Of a stretch of DNA of 64,000 nt, positions 38,690 through 51,257 are shown one piece after another (the first letter of the stretch is position 1; each line of letters begins with the position of its first letter). The notes below the pieces were generated by a model. The model had not been told where the DNA came from, did not search any database, and was given only the letters and a program-made list of their open reading frames with translations. The stretch is from Octopus vulgaris (Eukaryota). The DNA is taken from NCBI GenBank assembly GCA_951406725.2, contig OX597830.1:10664001-10728000 (forward strand). The letters run 5' to 3'. Both the position numbers and the translations under genes were made by a program.

Positions 38690-39008
38690 ACCAGTGGTAC
38701 GTCAAAAACTCCACTCGAATGTGGTCGTTGCCAGTGCTGCCTGACAGGCTCCCATGCCGGTGGCAAGTAAACAGCACCATTTGAGCATGGCCAATGCCTG
38801 TACTGTCTGACTGGCCCTCTTGCTGGTGGCACATAAAAGCACCCACTACACTCTCGGAGTGGTTGGCATTAAGGAAGGGCATCCAGCTGTAGAAACTTTG
38901 CCAGATCTGATTGGAGCCTGGTGCAACCTTCGGGCTTGCCAGCCCCCTAGTCAAACCGTCCAACCCATGCCAGCATGGGAAGCAGACTTTAGAGGACAAT
39001 GATGATGA
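38690..39008 (+). mobile_element. Family C repeat
   Basis: Repeated ggtggca..aaa.gcacc units, aggaagggcatccagctgtagaaac, (GAT)n tail. Confidence 0.8.
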
Positions 39009-39016
39009 TATATATA

Positions 39017-39235
39017 CAGAGTAGCCCAAAAGTAGGTTTCATATAGGTACCTTAAATTTCTTTTAAAACATTTTATTACATTTAAATTTCTATCTTACAA
39101 ACTGAAAAGGGAACTTGACAAAATTAACTAAATTAGCATAGAATATTGGTTTCAAATTTTTTTATAATTAAGATCTAAACTGTTAATGAGAAAGAGATAA
39201 TTGAATAATGGTAAACCTACTTTTGGGCCACCATG
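39017..39235. mobile_element. Tc1/mariner-type MITE
   Basis: TIRs CAGAGTAGCCCAAAAGTAGGTTT and AAACCTACTTTTGGGCCACCATG; TA on both sides. Confidence 0.8.
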
Positions 39236-40260
39236 TACGTATGTATATATATATATATAGACACACACACACATATTACTATGGGTTCATACATTTATAG
39301 ATTTATAGAGTGGAAATATTTCTTCAGTAGGTTATGTGTGCATGTGCATGTGTGTGTCTGTGTGTACTGACACACACATACACATGGATGCACCCACAGT
39401 CTCACTGCATGGTATCTTGGGTAAGTGTCTTCTACTATAGCCTTAGGCCAGCCAAAGCCATGTGAGTGGATTTGGTAGACGGAAACTGAAAGAAGCCCGT
39501 CGTATATTTACGTATATATGTATGTGTTTGTCCCCCCCACCATCGCCTGATAACCCATGTTGGTGTGATTATGTTCTTGTAACTAAGCGGTTCGGCAAAA
39601 TCGACCAACAGAATAAGTACTAAGATTACAAAGAATAAGTCCTGGGGTCGAATTATTCAACTAAAGGCAGTATTCCAGCATGGCCATGGTCAAATGACTG
39701 TAACAAGTGAAAGAGTAAAAATAGAGTTACACACATACAAACACACAGACAGCATACACATACGCACAAAATAAATTCATTATGAATAATTAGGAAGCAA
39801 TTAGTGTCAAATTTATATTTAAAAAAAAAAAATTTGGTGATAGATTGATTCAAAAATGTATGTGTATATATGTGTATATATGTATGTATGTGTACATGTA
39901 TGTACGTGTACATGTATGTACGTACACAAGTTTTGTTATCTTAAACGAGGAGTAAATTTATGAACACAGTGTGTCTATACTTTTATGATGCGGACATGGA
40001 AATATTTAAAACTTCTGAAAACACACAATATTTAAATAAAAGTCACCTGTGTTGGGGAAGGTGGGGGGGAGGCACTGTTACTAATCTTTCAATCAGTTAG
40101 GAACATAGAGATTAAATGGAGGAAAGAAATTAGTTCCATGTACTTCATCTCTCTCTCTCTCCTTCTCTCTCCCTCTCTCTCTCTCCATAAATATATAAAT
40201 ATATATATACATACATGTATATATATACATATATATATATATACATACATATATATATAT

Positions 40261-40299
<39 letters not shown>

Positions 40300-40350
40300 C
40301 ATACATATATATATACATACACATATATATACATACATATATATATATAA

Positions 40351-40421
<71 letters not shown>

Positions 40422-40453
40422 CATACATATATACATATATATATACATACATA

Positions 40454-40494
<41 letters not shown>

Positions 40495-40508
40495 ATATAA
40501 ATACATAC

Positions 40509-40541
<33 letters not shown>

Positions 40542-40565
40542 CATACATATATATATATACATACA

Positions 40566-40592
<27 letters not shown>

Positions 40593-40597
<5 letters not shown>

Positions 40598-41010
40598 CAT
40601 ACATGGCTTCAGTCCATTTATGCATACCTTTCCTTCTTGGGACACAAAACCCTACTTGTGAAGACCTGTTGAGGCAAGTGAAAATCAAAAAATCAAAAAA
40701 TCAAAAAATCAAAAATCAAAATTGATCAACATGAATGGAAATTGTCGCTGTGATATCAGTGCTGGTCGCACATAAGAGAACCATCCGAACGTGGCTGTTG
40801 CCAGTACCGCCCTGAATGGCTTCCGTGCCGGTGGCATGTAAAAAGCACCCACTACACTCATGGAGTGGTTGGCGTTAGGAAGGGCATCCAGCCGTAGAAA
40901 CATTGCCAGATCAGACTGGGCCTGGTGCAGCCTTCTGGCTTCCCAGATCCCCGGTCGAACCGTCCAACCCATGCTAGCATGGAAAGCGAACGCTAAACAA
41001 TGATGATGAT
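40593..41010 (+). mobile_element. Family C repeat with extended 5' region
   Basis: cgtgccggtggcatgtaaaaagcaccc..ggcgttaggaagggcatccagccgtagaaac..(GAT)n; internal (aaaaaatc)n. Confidence 0.8.
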
Positions 41011-41194
41011 ACATACATACATACATATATACATACATATATATATACATATATATATATACATATATACATACATATATATATATATATACATACATAT
41101 ATATACATATATATATACATATACATACATATATATACATATATATATACATATATATATACATATACATACATATATATACATATATATATAC

Positions 41195-41235
<41 letters not shown>

Positions 41236-41246
41236 CATACATATAC

Positions 41247-41305
<59 letters not shown>

Positions 41306-41402
41306 CATATACATATATATATATATACATATATACATATACACATATATATACATATATACATATATATATATATAAATATACATATATACATATATAT
41401 AT

Positions 41403-42123
41403 ATATTAGAAGAAATGAGGTACTCAGAAATTCGGATGGTTTTATATTTACAGATATTTATTTGTATATTACATGTTTTTATATGAACCCTCCCTTCATC
41501 CAATTTTTGGCATATTTGGCATTAGAAATTTTTTCGTTTGCCCTTATTTATAAGTTGTTTATAATTTTAACCTTTAGAGGTATTTTTTAATATGCTGGCC
41601 ATTGATAAAATTTTTTTTTTTCAAAAAAAAAATTTATCCTACATTAAATATAAATTTAAGTGTTCACTTTCGGACTCTCCCATTCTGTGAGAGCCTCAGT
41701 TCAAATCACACATGTCTTGAATGGGCTGGAGTATTTCTATTTTGGATATATTTGGGGTACTTAATTGTGCTCATGACTTAGTGTTTGCTTCTTCCATGGG
41801 TATGAGTAAGTATCTCATTTATTTCTTTGCCACATTTATCACTGACAAAGGAAGGGTTCTCACGAACTAACCCTGAAATCGGTCCGATATAGTAATAATG
41901 GAATTATTTAGAAATTTCTGTCGGCTTTTTTCGAGTAGCGTGCGTATTGTGAAAAAATATATGGTAATGGACAATATGTCCAATTTTTGGCATATTTGGC
42001 ATGAGAATTTTTTTCGTTTGCCCTTATTTATAAGTTGTTTATAATTTTAACCTTTAAAGGTATTTTTTAATATGCCATTGATAAAATTTTTTTTCGAAAA
42101 AAAAAAAATTTTATCCTACATTA
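41403..42123 (+). mobile_element. Penelope-like remnant with ~145-bp direct repeats and decayed hammerhead-like motif
   Basis: tccaatttttggcatatttggcat..tttatcctacatta at 41498-41645 and 41979-42123; CTGACAA..AGGGTT/AACCCT-GAAA-TCGGTCCGA-TA at 41842-41889; embedded in (TA)n. Confidence 0.5.
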
Positions 42124-42174
42124 TGTATATATATATGTATATATATATCTGTGTATGTATGTATTTATATACAC

Positions 42175-42232
<58 letters not shown>

Positions 42233-42429
42233 TGGAGCCTGACAACTGACAAATAACATATTACAAAGGGGCTTCAATCGAAACATATGTAGGTTTTTGA
42301 TTTTTCTATGGTGCTTTTTAAAAAAGAAATTTATTTGTATTTATATCTTAAAAACAAAATATGATGCAAATAAATTGAATACACATATTTATCTCTCCAT
42401 TTTCTGACATTATTAAATTTAACTATCAG

Positions 42430-42965
42430 GCTTGGCTGCATGGTAAGAAGGTGGTTCCGGATTTAATTTCACTGTGTGGTACCTTGGGCAAGTCTCTTCA
42501 ACTATAGTCTCAGGCTGACCAAAGCCTTGTGAGTGGATTTGGTAGATGGAAACTGAAAGAAGCCCATCGTATATTCTTTACTCTTTTACTTGTTTCAGTC
42601 ATTTGACTGCGGCCATGCTGGAGCACTGCCTTTAGTCGAGCAACTCGACCCCGGGACTTATTCTTTTGTGAGCCCAGTACTTATTCTATCGGTCTCTTTT
42701 GCCGAACTGCTAAGTAACGGGGACATAAACACACCAGCATCAGTTGTCAAGCAATGCTAGAGGGACAAACACAAACACACACACGCATATATATATATAT
42801 ATATACATATATAAGACGTGCTTCTCTCAGTTTCTGTCTACCATATCCACTCACAAGACTTTGGTTGGCACAAGGCTATAGTAGAAGACACTTGCCCAAG
42901 GTGCCATGCAGTGGGACTGAACCCGGAACCATGTGGTTGGTACAGCCACTCTTGTGCCACTCCTG
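42430..42965. mobile_element. Two family B SINEs in opposite orientation (+ 42430-42570; - 42575-42965)
   Basis: Family B signatures on both strands. Confidence 0.8.
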
Positions 42966-43469
42966 CGTATATATATATTTTTGAAGAACATGTCTAGCTA
43001 TGGTAGCATGTTACTTTACTTGGAAACAGATGAGGGTTAGCAACAGTAAATGCATGCAGCTGTAGAAAAATAACCTCAGTAAATTCCATCTGACCTTTGC
43101 CAGCATGGGAAAGCGATCACTAGAATGATGATGGTGATGGTGGTAGAATATGTTAGCAGAAAGGAAGTAGGAGAAAAATTTTGAAAACTGTCAGATCTTG
43201 ATTGAAGAATGCAGAAAACTCAAGGACAAATGACAGTGAATGGAATTTATTACTAATTTTCCAAAAGATCTCAAAGAAGAAACTCAATTGCAGCTGTTTT
43301 AAAGGCTTTGGAAGATTCTTTGGAATTTCAGACTACAATACCAAAGTTGCAGAACATTCTCTTCTTGTATTTCTTTCAAGAATTAATTACAACACACCTG
43401 AGAGTTAAAGGAGCTTGTTGTTATTAAATCTCAACGCAGAAATCCATTGATAGCATCCATGTAAAAGTT

Positions 43470-43824
43470 TGGTGGTGGTGGTGGAGGTGGTGGTGAAAGT
43501 GGTGAGGATGATAGTGGTGATGGTGATGATAGTGGTGGTGGTGGAGATGTAGGAGATGGTGGTAGTGGTGATGGTGGTGGCAGCAGCGGTGGTGGTGGTA
43601 GTGGTGGTGGCAGAGAAGGTGATGGGGGATGATGATGGTAGTGGTGGTGGTGGTGGTGGTGGTGATAGCGAAGGTGACAGTGAAGTAGGGATGAGGAGGA
43701 GGAAGAGGGTAGTGATTTGGATGAGGATGGTGGTGGTGATGATGGTGATGGGGGGATGATGATGATGTTGGTGATGATGATGATGGTGACCATGATGCAG
43801 ATGATGGTGGAGGTGACAGTGATA

Positions 43825-43864
<40 letters not shown>

Positions 43865-44320
43865 TGATAATTACAACTATTATCTTTTTAAAATATCGTT
43901 ATTATCTATGATTAAGTACCTTGCTAATTACCAATTCTTTCCTTGTGGTTTCTGGCAAAAATCGACTTCAATCTCTCAGGACAGAAACGAAATGGAAACG
44001 AAAATATATATCAACAAGTAGCAGCAGTAGCAGCAGCAGCAGCAGCAACAATGGTGATGGCTGTTGTAGTAGTAGTAGTAGTGGTGGTGGTGGTGGTGGT
44101 AGTGGTGGTAGTAGTAGTGGTGGTGGTGGTGGTTGTGGTGGTGATCGTAGTAGTAGTGGTGGTGGTAGTAGTATTGAGGTCATGATGATAGTGGGCGTAA
44201 TGCAATAATGATAGTAGTGATGGTTGTTGTAGTGGTGGTGGTTGTGATGGTGGTGGTGGTGGTGGTGGTAGTGGCAATAGTGGTTGTAGTAGTGGTCATC
44301 GTAGTGGTGGTGATGCAGTG
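43470..44320. repeat. (GGT)n/(GAT)n/(AGT)n/(CAG)n compound trinucleotide region
   Basis: Seen directly; it generates the poly-P/G/V/T ORFs in the track. Confidence 0.9.
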
Positions 44321-44399
44321 GAGCAATTATGGACTACTTATTCCTGTTCTCATACAAAAAAAAATATGCTTTGATAAATGAAATAAAAGCAAATTAAAT

Positions 44400-45130
44400 A
44401 TTTGCAATTTTAGCCCCGTTTAGATTTCGAAATAAGCCCTATTTCAAAATAAGCCCCATTTTATTCTAGCGTAAATTTGATGTAGTCCTATTTTAGCTTT
44501 TGCCATATTTGTAATTTTAGCTCTGTTAGGATTTTGGCCCTTTCGTGATTGAAGCCCTGCTAGGATTTTAGTTCCATTCTGAATTAAGTCCTATTTTGAC
44601 TATATCCTTAATCTTTTACTTGTTTCAGTCATTTGACTGTGGCCATGCTGGAGCACTGCCTTTTACTCAAGCAAATCGACCCCAGGACTTATTCTTTGTA
44701 AGCCTAGTACTAGTAAGCTAAGTTACGGGGACATAAACACACCAGCATTGGTTGTCAAGCGATGTCATGGGAACAAACACAGACACACAAACACATATAC
44801 ATATATATAAACATATATATGACGGGCTTCTTTCAGTTTTCGTCTACCAAATCCACTCACAAGGCTTTGGTCAGCCCGAGGGTATTGTAGAAGACACTTG
44901 CCCAAGGTGACATACGGTGGGACTGAACCCGGAACCATGTAGTTCGTAAGCAAGCTACTTACCACACAGCCACTCCTACACCTATTTGCAATTTTATCCC
45001 ATTTTTTTTTTATATTAGTCCTAATCTGAATTAAGCATAGATTCTGATTTTACCTTTATTGTGAACTGAAGTCCTATTAGGATTTTAGTCGTATTTTGAT
45101 GCTAGTTCTATCTATGCTTATAGCCCTACT
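44400..45130. repeat. Degenerate short-unit minisatellite (tttagccctatt-like) split by a family B SINE (44612-44985, minus)
   Basis: Recurrent ttttagccc/aagccct/tagtccta motifs on both sides of the SINE. Confidence 0.6.
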
Positions 45131-45145
45131 ATAGATGGGCTGAGT

Positions 45146-45458
45146 AGAAGCACATGGCCTAGTGGTTAGAGTAGCGGACTCGTGGTTGAGGGATTGCAGG
45201 TTCGAATCTGAAACCAGGTGATGTGTGTGCTTATGAGGGAAATACCTAAGCTTCTATGTGGCTCTGACAGAAGGTAATGGTGAACTTCTGCTGACTCTTT
45301 CGCCACAACTTTCTCTCAATCTTTCCTCCTGCATCTTGCAGCTCACCTGCGACGGACCAAAATCCCATGCAGGTGGGAACCAATACATCAATGAAACCAG
45401 GAAACTGGCCCTTATGAGCCAGGCATAGCTTGAGAAGAAACAAACAACAACAACAACA
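45146..45458 (+). mobile_element. tRNA-derived SINE (head H2 + tail T2)
   Basis: TGGCCTAGTGGTTAG A box, GGTTCGAATC B box; tail homologous to 58680-58765; (CAA)n end. Confidence 0.75.
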
Positions 45459-46391
45459 CAGTAGGGCTAAAGACACACCCTTATTGTGTCTTTAAATTTA
45501 TTTAAATTTAGCATCATTTTGCAATGATTCATTTGAGATGAAATTTAAATATGGCCATTTGGTTGGCTGTAAGATGCTCTTTTTCCACCCACCAAAAAAC
45601 CCCTCAAAAAATTACCCCAGGCCCTATGTGCAAAGTTGACCCTACAGTACATGAGTATACGTTTTAATGTGTTAAAAACCTGGTTTTCCAGAATATGAGC
45701 AAATGAATTTAGAATGTTTCTAATAAACCCGTAAGTCTTTTATGCCATCAAAAATGGTAATTCAAATGGATGTCAAACGAAGAAAACATTACTAATAATC
45801 AAACTCTTAATTAATTACTGGAAAATTCTCTCATCAATGAAATCCATTATGTAGAGAGAAGAGGCAGACTCCGACCTCTGGCGACATGTACAGGTCAGAG
45901 GTCACTGTGTTTTGGTGAGCAATTCCATGGCAATCAGATAAGTGGCATCTCTTTGTTATTTTTTTAGATGCAGTCTGTGATGTTCGTACGTGATGCTGCT
46001 CCTACATATGAGACAATGTTGCTATTATGATGTAAATATGGCAGTAATATTCCATTGTGAGATTCGGTGACTGATGAGGCCACCTGGAATCCATTTGGGA
46101 AAACACAGGAGATAAACATTTCAAAAAACGACAATTGAGAAATTAGTTCTGTTTTCTTATCTGTTGTATTTTTTTGAAAAGTGCATCAATGTAATTGCCA
46201 GTCGCAATGCAAAAAAAAAAAGAGAGTGCAGAACAGAAGTATTATTGGAAGGAAAATGAAAACGTCTGTGAGAGAAAAGGAAAAGGGGGAAGGTTGGGGT
46301 TACAAAGACTTTCAGAAAAAAAAAGAAATGGTACAACCAATGACTTCAGGATTTCAAGTAAACAAAACATGTTTACAATGATAATAGTAAT

Positions 46392-47142
46392 TCTTTCTGC
46401 TGGAAGCACAAGGCCTCAAATTTTTGGGGGAAAGGTTTAAGTCAGTTATATCGACCCCAGTGTGTAACTGGTACTTATTTAATTTATCCTGAAAGGCAAT
46501 GAACAATTCTGCCAGCTTACCACCTTAATAATAATAATAATAATAATAATAATGATGATGATGATGATGATGATGGTGATGATGGTTTCAAATTTTGCCA
46601 CAAGGGCAGCAAATTTGGGGGAGGCGACTAGTCGATTACATCAACCCCAGTGTTCAACTGGTACTTATTTTGTCGACCCCTAAAGGATGAAAGGTACAGT
46701 TGACCTCGGTGGAATTTGAACCCAGATTGTAGTGCCAGACGAAATACCGCTAAGCATTTCATCCAGCACGCTAACGATTCTGACACCTCACTACTGCCTT
46801 AATAATAATAATAATAATGATAATAATAATAATAATAATAATAATGAGAAGAAGAAGAAGAAGAAGAAGGAGGAGGAGGAGGAGGAGGAGAAGAAGAAGA
46901 AGAAGAAGAATCACCCTTTCTTATATAGACACAGGGTTTGAAATATTTTAGAGTAGGTACTAAGTCGACTGCATCAGTCGCCAGTGCTAAACTGGCAGTT
47001 ATTTTATCGACCCCGAAAGGATGGAAGAAGGCAAAGTCGATCTCGGCGGAATTTGAACTCAGAATGTAACGATGAATGAAATGACACTAAGCAACTTGCC
47101 CAACTTGCCCAACTTGCTAACAATTATGCAAGTTTACCACCT

Positions 47143-47184
<42 letters not shown>

Positions 47185-47411
47185 CATTTCTACTATAGGT
47201 GCAAGGCCTGAAATTTTGGGGGAGAGGACCAGTCGATTACATCAACCACAGTGTTTCACTGGTATTTAATTTATCAACCCTAAAAGGATGAAAGGCAAAG
47301 CCGACCTCAGTGGAATTTGAACTCAGAACATAGCAGCAGAAAAAATACCGCTAAACATTTCACCTGGTGTACTAACAATTCTGCTACCTTGCCACCTTAA
47401 TAATAATGATG

Positions 47412-47463
<52 letters not shown>

Positions 47464-47622
47464 TGATAATAATAATAATAATAACAATAATAATAACATG
47501 TATATTCCGTAAAGTACTGTCTATCTGAGGTCCTTGTTGTGACATGACGGACAGTACAAACCCCCGGTAGACACAATATCTCCAATCAATAACCTCACGA
47601 TATTGGATACTGTGCGACGTCT

Positions 47623-47686
<64 letters not shown>

Positions 47687-47895
47687 TAATGATAATAATA
47701 ATGATTTCAAATTTTGGTACAATGCCAGCAATTTGGGGTGAGGGGATAAGTCAATTACATCAACCCCAGTGCTCGATTGGTTTTTATTTTATTGATCACG
47801 AAAGGATAATAGGTAAAAGAGATCTCGGTAGGATTTGAACTCAGAACGCAAAAGATGAATGAAATGCCACTAACAGTTCTGTCAACTTGCCATCT
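46392..47895 (-). mobile_element. Array of five family A SINEs separated by (TAA)n
   Basis: Copies at ~46392, 46585, 46915, 47186 and 47705, all on the minus strand. Confidence 0.85.
47498..47623 (+). mobile_element. R4/Dong-type extreme 3' end within (TAA)n
   Basis: CIFRKVLSI* then tgaggtcctt.. (compare tgaggtctct at 26666); TAA repeats on both sides. Confidence 0.6.
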
Positions 47896-48082
47896 CAGGA
47901 ATAACAATAGTAATGATAATAATAATAACAACAACAACAATAATAAAAAAATAACTGGTTGGGTTGAATGAAATTGTGAAGAAATAGAAAATTTTTGAAA
48001 AATTGTAAAACAAATTGTGAAAAATTATAAAACATATTCTTTGAGGACTTTTAGAAAGAAAAGAAGAGAGAAGAGAAAGAAA

Positions 48083-48124
<42 letters not shown>

Positions 48125-48453
48125 CTAGTGTAATTAATTCTAAGTGTTTTTCCTTAAAGATAAACATGTTAGCCATTTTCTAAGCTGTTATTTCAGGAAA
48201 CTAACTCCAACGGCTCTGTTAGTCTACAGCAGAGCAAAAATTAACATGTTAAGATATTATTCAGATAGCGCCAACCAAAAAAAAAAATGAATGAATGAAC
48301 AAACATATAAATAAAATAACAAAAAAAAAAACAAAAAAACAAGAACTTCCCCTTTTCTCACTGCCATATTAGAAATGAACATGTTGGCATCACCATCAAA
48401 AGATGATGTGTAATGAAGAAAAATTAATATCACTAACGAGAAATGTCACTTAC

Positions 48454-48555
48454 GGACCACCGGAGAGGTTCCAGTCTTCTGAATTTCCCAAAATTGGTCT
48501 TATCACTGTCACATGGAGTTGACTTGATGCTTGTGGCCAATGGGGTGGGGGGCAT
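48454..48555 (-). CDS. Speculative coding exon
   Basis: ATG at 48555 opens MPPTPLATSIKSTPCDSDKTNFGKFRRLEPLRWS, ending in phase 0 at a consensus donor GTAAGT (48453), in unique sequence. No homology recognised. Confidence 0.2.
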
Positions 48556-49016
48556 GGGGGGAGGGTCGTTAACAATAGTCAGGGTGGATGTGAGTCAAAT
48601 GTAAACAGTGAGACGGGTTCCATACAAAATGGATCCAAACTGTCAATCATCAAGTTTGTAAGGAATTTATTCGAAAGGTTTCTGTCTTTAAGTATTTTTC
48701 TTTGACGGTTTTATTTTGTCTTTTGTTTGTTTGTCTGTTTGTTGGCTTGTTTTTGTTTGTAACTGAGATTCTTCAGAATCACCACTGAAACATTCCCTTG
48801 ATTTATATACACGTACACATATGTGTGTGTGTGTGTGTGTGAATTAGTGAGTGAGTATCAGTGTGTGTACGTATGTGTGTGTGTGTGTATGTTATTGATA
48901 ACACCTAGGAAAATGTGCTAACATCCCTCTCACCAAAATCAATGAAGCTTTGGCCAAAAGGAACTGATGTCACCAGATAGTATCCAACAATCATACATGT
49001 CTGTGCATGTGTATAC

Positions 49017-49074
<58 letters not shown>

Positions 49075-49085
49075 CACATATATAT

Positions 49086-49372
49086 GTGACAACCTGGCCA
49101 CTGGTGGTGGTGTAACACACCATACTAATCATATCTGTCAGGCATGTGGAAGAGAGTGTAATTCGGCAGGAGGACTTAAACGACATGCAAAGGTACATGA
49201 AGCCCTGTTACAACAACAACCGGCTATTACCGGTAATGGTTTTAGTTGCCAATTCTGTACAAGACATTGTAGATCTTTAGCTGGGCTAAAAAGTCACATT
49301 CGATCACAGCACCAGTAACAGTTAAGCTTCATTCAATGGCCATACTCGATAACGAGTGGGCAGCCATAATAA
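49086..49372 (+). mobile_element. RTE-like LINE 3' end encoding two C2H2 zinc fingers
   Basis: HICQACGRECNSAGGLKRHAKVH and FSCQFCTRHCRSLAGLKSHIRSQH, stop 49316-49318, short 3' UTR shared with 22818-22850. No TGEKP linker; bounded by microsatellites. Confidence 0.7.
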
Positions 49373-49391
49373 CATATATATATATATATGC

Positions 49392-49426
<35 letters not shown>

Positions 49427-49428
49427 TA

Positions 49429-49480
<52 letters not shown>

Positions 49481-49800
49481 GCCTATAGGTAAAGAAATTT
49501 GAAAAGAAAATATAAAACCAGTTATTTCTCCAAAAATTATGTTACTATACACAAAATTTTATAACATTTTTCTAATACAACAATTTAAATATATTCTTTA
49601 ACCATATAACACAAGCCATCTGTAGTTTTTTTCACTCTATGTTATCTTTGATATATATATATATATACACACACACATACACAACCCATATCTAACCCAG
49701 GACAGCATGGAAAACGGACGTTAAAGGATGATGCTGATGATATATATATGTGTGTGTGTGTGTGTATGTGTGTGTGTGCATGTATGTATGTGTGTGTATG

Positions 49801-49844
<44 letters not shown>

Positions 49845-50741
49845 CATATATATGTATGTATGTATTTGTGTGTCTGTGTTTGTCCCCACCTCCATTGCTT
49901 AACAACCACTGTTGGTGTGTTTACATCCCCATAACTTAGCAGTTTGGCAAAAGACACCGATAGAATAAGTACTAGGCTTACAAAGAGTAAGTCCTGGGGT
50001 CGATTTGCTTGACTAAAGGCAGTGCTCCAGCATGGTCACAGTCAAATGACTGAAAGGAGTAAAGGAGTATATATAATCAGACATAGCACATCTATTTTAT
50101 CTCTCTCTATCTCTCTCTCTTTTTCTCCCCACTTTCTCTTTCTCTCCCTCTCTATTTCTCTAATGTTGCCTCTTCTACATTGAAATACAGATTAAATATT
50201 TACGTAAATACTTTAATAAATAACTTAACATTTTCAAACAGATTTCTTCAATGACAGTCAGAGTCTCCGCTTTAAGATGTTGTCTAGGAAAATAAATTAT
50301 CAGCAATATCGTTATACATTTCGTTTATTTTATTCTAATTAACTTAAGATTTCTAAAAAAAGTAAGAAGTTTATTATGTACGCATCAATATATACATACA
50401 TCTGTCTGTTTGTCTGTGTGAGTTGGGTTGTGCGAAAGAACTGAAGCTGAAATTCCAGACATGGAAGCAAAGTAGACAGAGCAAAAATAAATGTTTTGGT
50501 AAGCAGGAAGGAAGTGAGGTTCTTTTAGGCATCAGGGAAATGGTAATGTTCCATTTGGAAAAAAGAGAGCTGGAGAAAATTCTAGAAGGTGTTCGCAATG
50601 TAAACAATGGACAGAAAAACAGTAAAATGGAATCACAGATCGGTTCTCAGAGAAGGTACGTTACATATCTGGCAGGACAACGAGCACTAAGAATTAGAAA
50701 ATTACTATTTGTAAATCCCACAATGAGAGATATTCAGCAAC

Positions 50742-51257
50742 AGTACTTTGGAGTAAAGATAGATTGTCAACATAACATGGCAGTCCTGGTTTAGGATGAA
50801 TGTTGTTGTAATTTAGCTCCAGGAGACATCGTCTCCCACTGGCTTTTTCTTATTAAAAAAAAAAAGTAAAAAAGGTAAAAAATTAATTGTTTATATAAAA
50901 TATTTTTTAAATAAATTTTTAAAAGTTTCATTCGAACTCATATAACATTTTTGTATTTGTTTGTCTTGTAATGTCCTTTTCTATGTATGATCAGTTTGAT
51001 CATAATAAAGACTTTACCTCTAGCCGAACAATTATTCTGTGCTGGTGATAGGAAATAACCCAGAAATCACAATATACAGATATTGTTTTGAGCTGAGTGG
51101 GGGTGCTAGATTCCCTTGTTTGAAAATGTAAAGACACAGATCATGTTGTATATATAGCCAGCTGGAGACGATGTCTCCTGGGGCTTAATTACAGCAACAT
51201 TCATCCTAAATCAGGACTGCCATGTTATGTTGGCAAACAAACTTACTCCAAAGTACT
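50742..51257. mobile_element. Foldback element with decayed apex hammerhead
   Basis: 50742-50844 pairs with 51156-51257; apex TCTGTG-CTGGTGA-taggaaataaccca-GAAA-tcacaa-TA-TACAGA (51036-51080). Confidence 0.7.

Noticed and set aside
43431-44277. Poly-Pro/Gly/Thr/Val ORFs
   Set aside because: Compound trinucleotide repeats with no splice or domain evidence.
46071-46110. CTGATGAG in unique sequence (also minus strand ~11657)
   Set aside because: No stem II followed by GAAA in register.
50423-50794. 123-aa ORF
   Set aside because: Non-ATG start, no motif, and it ends inside the foldback arm.
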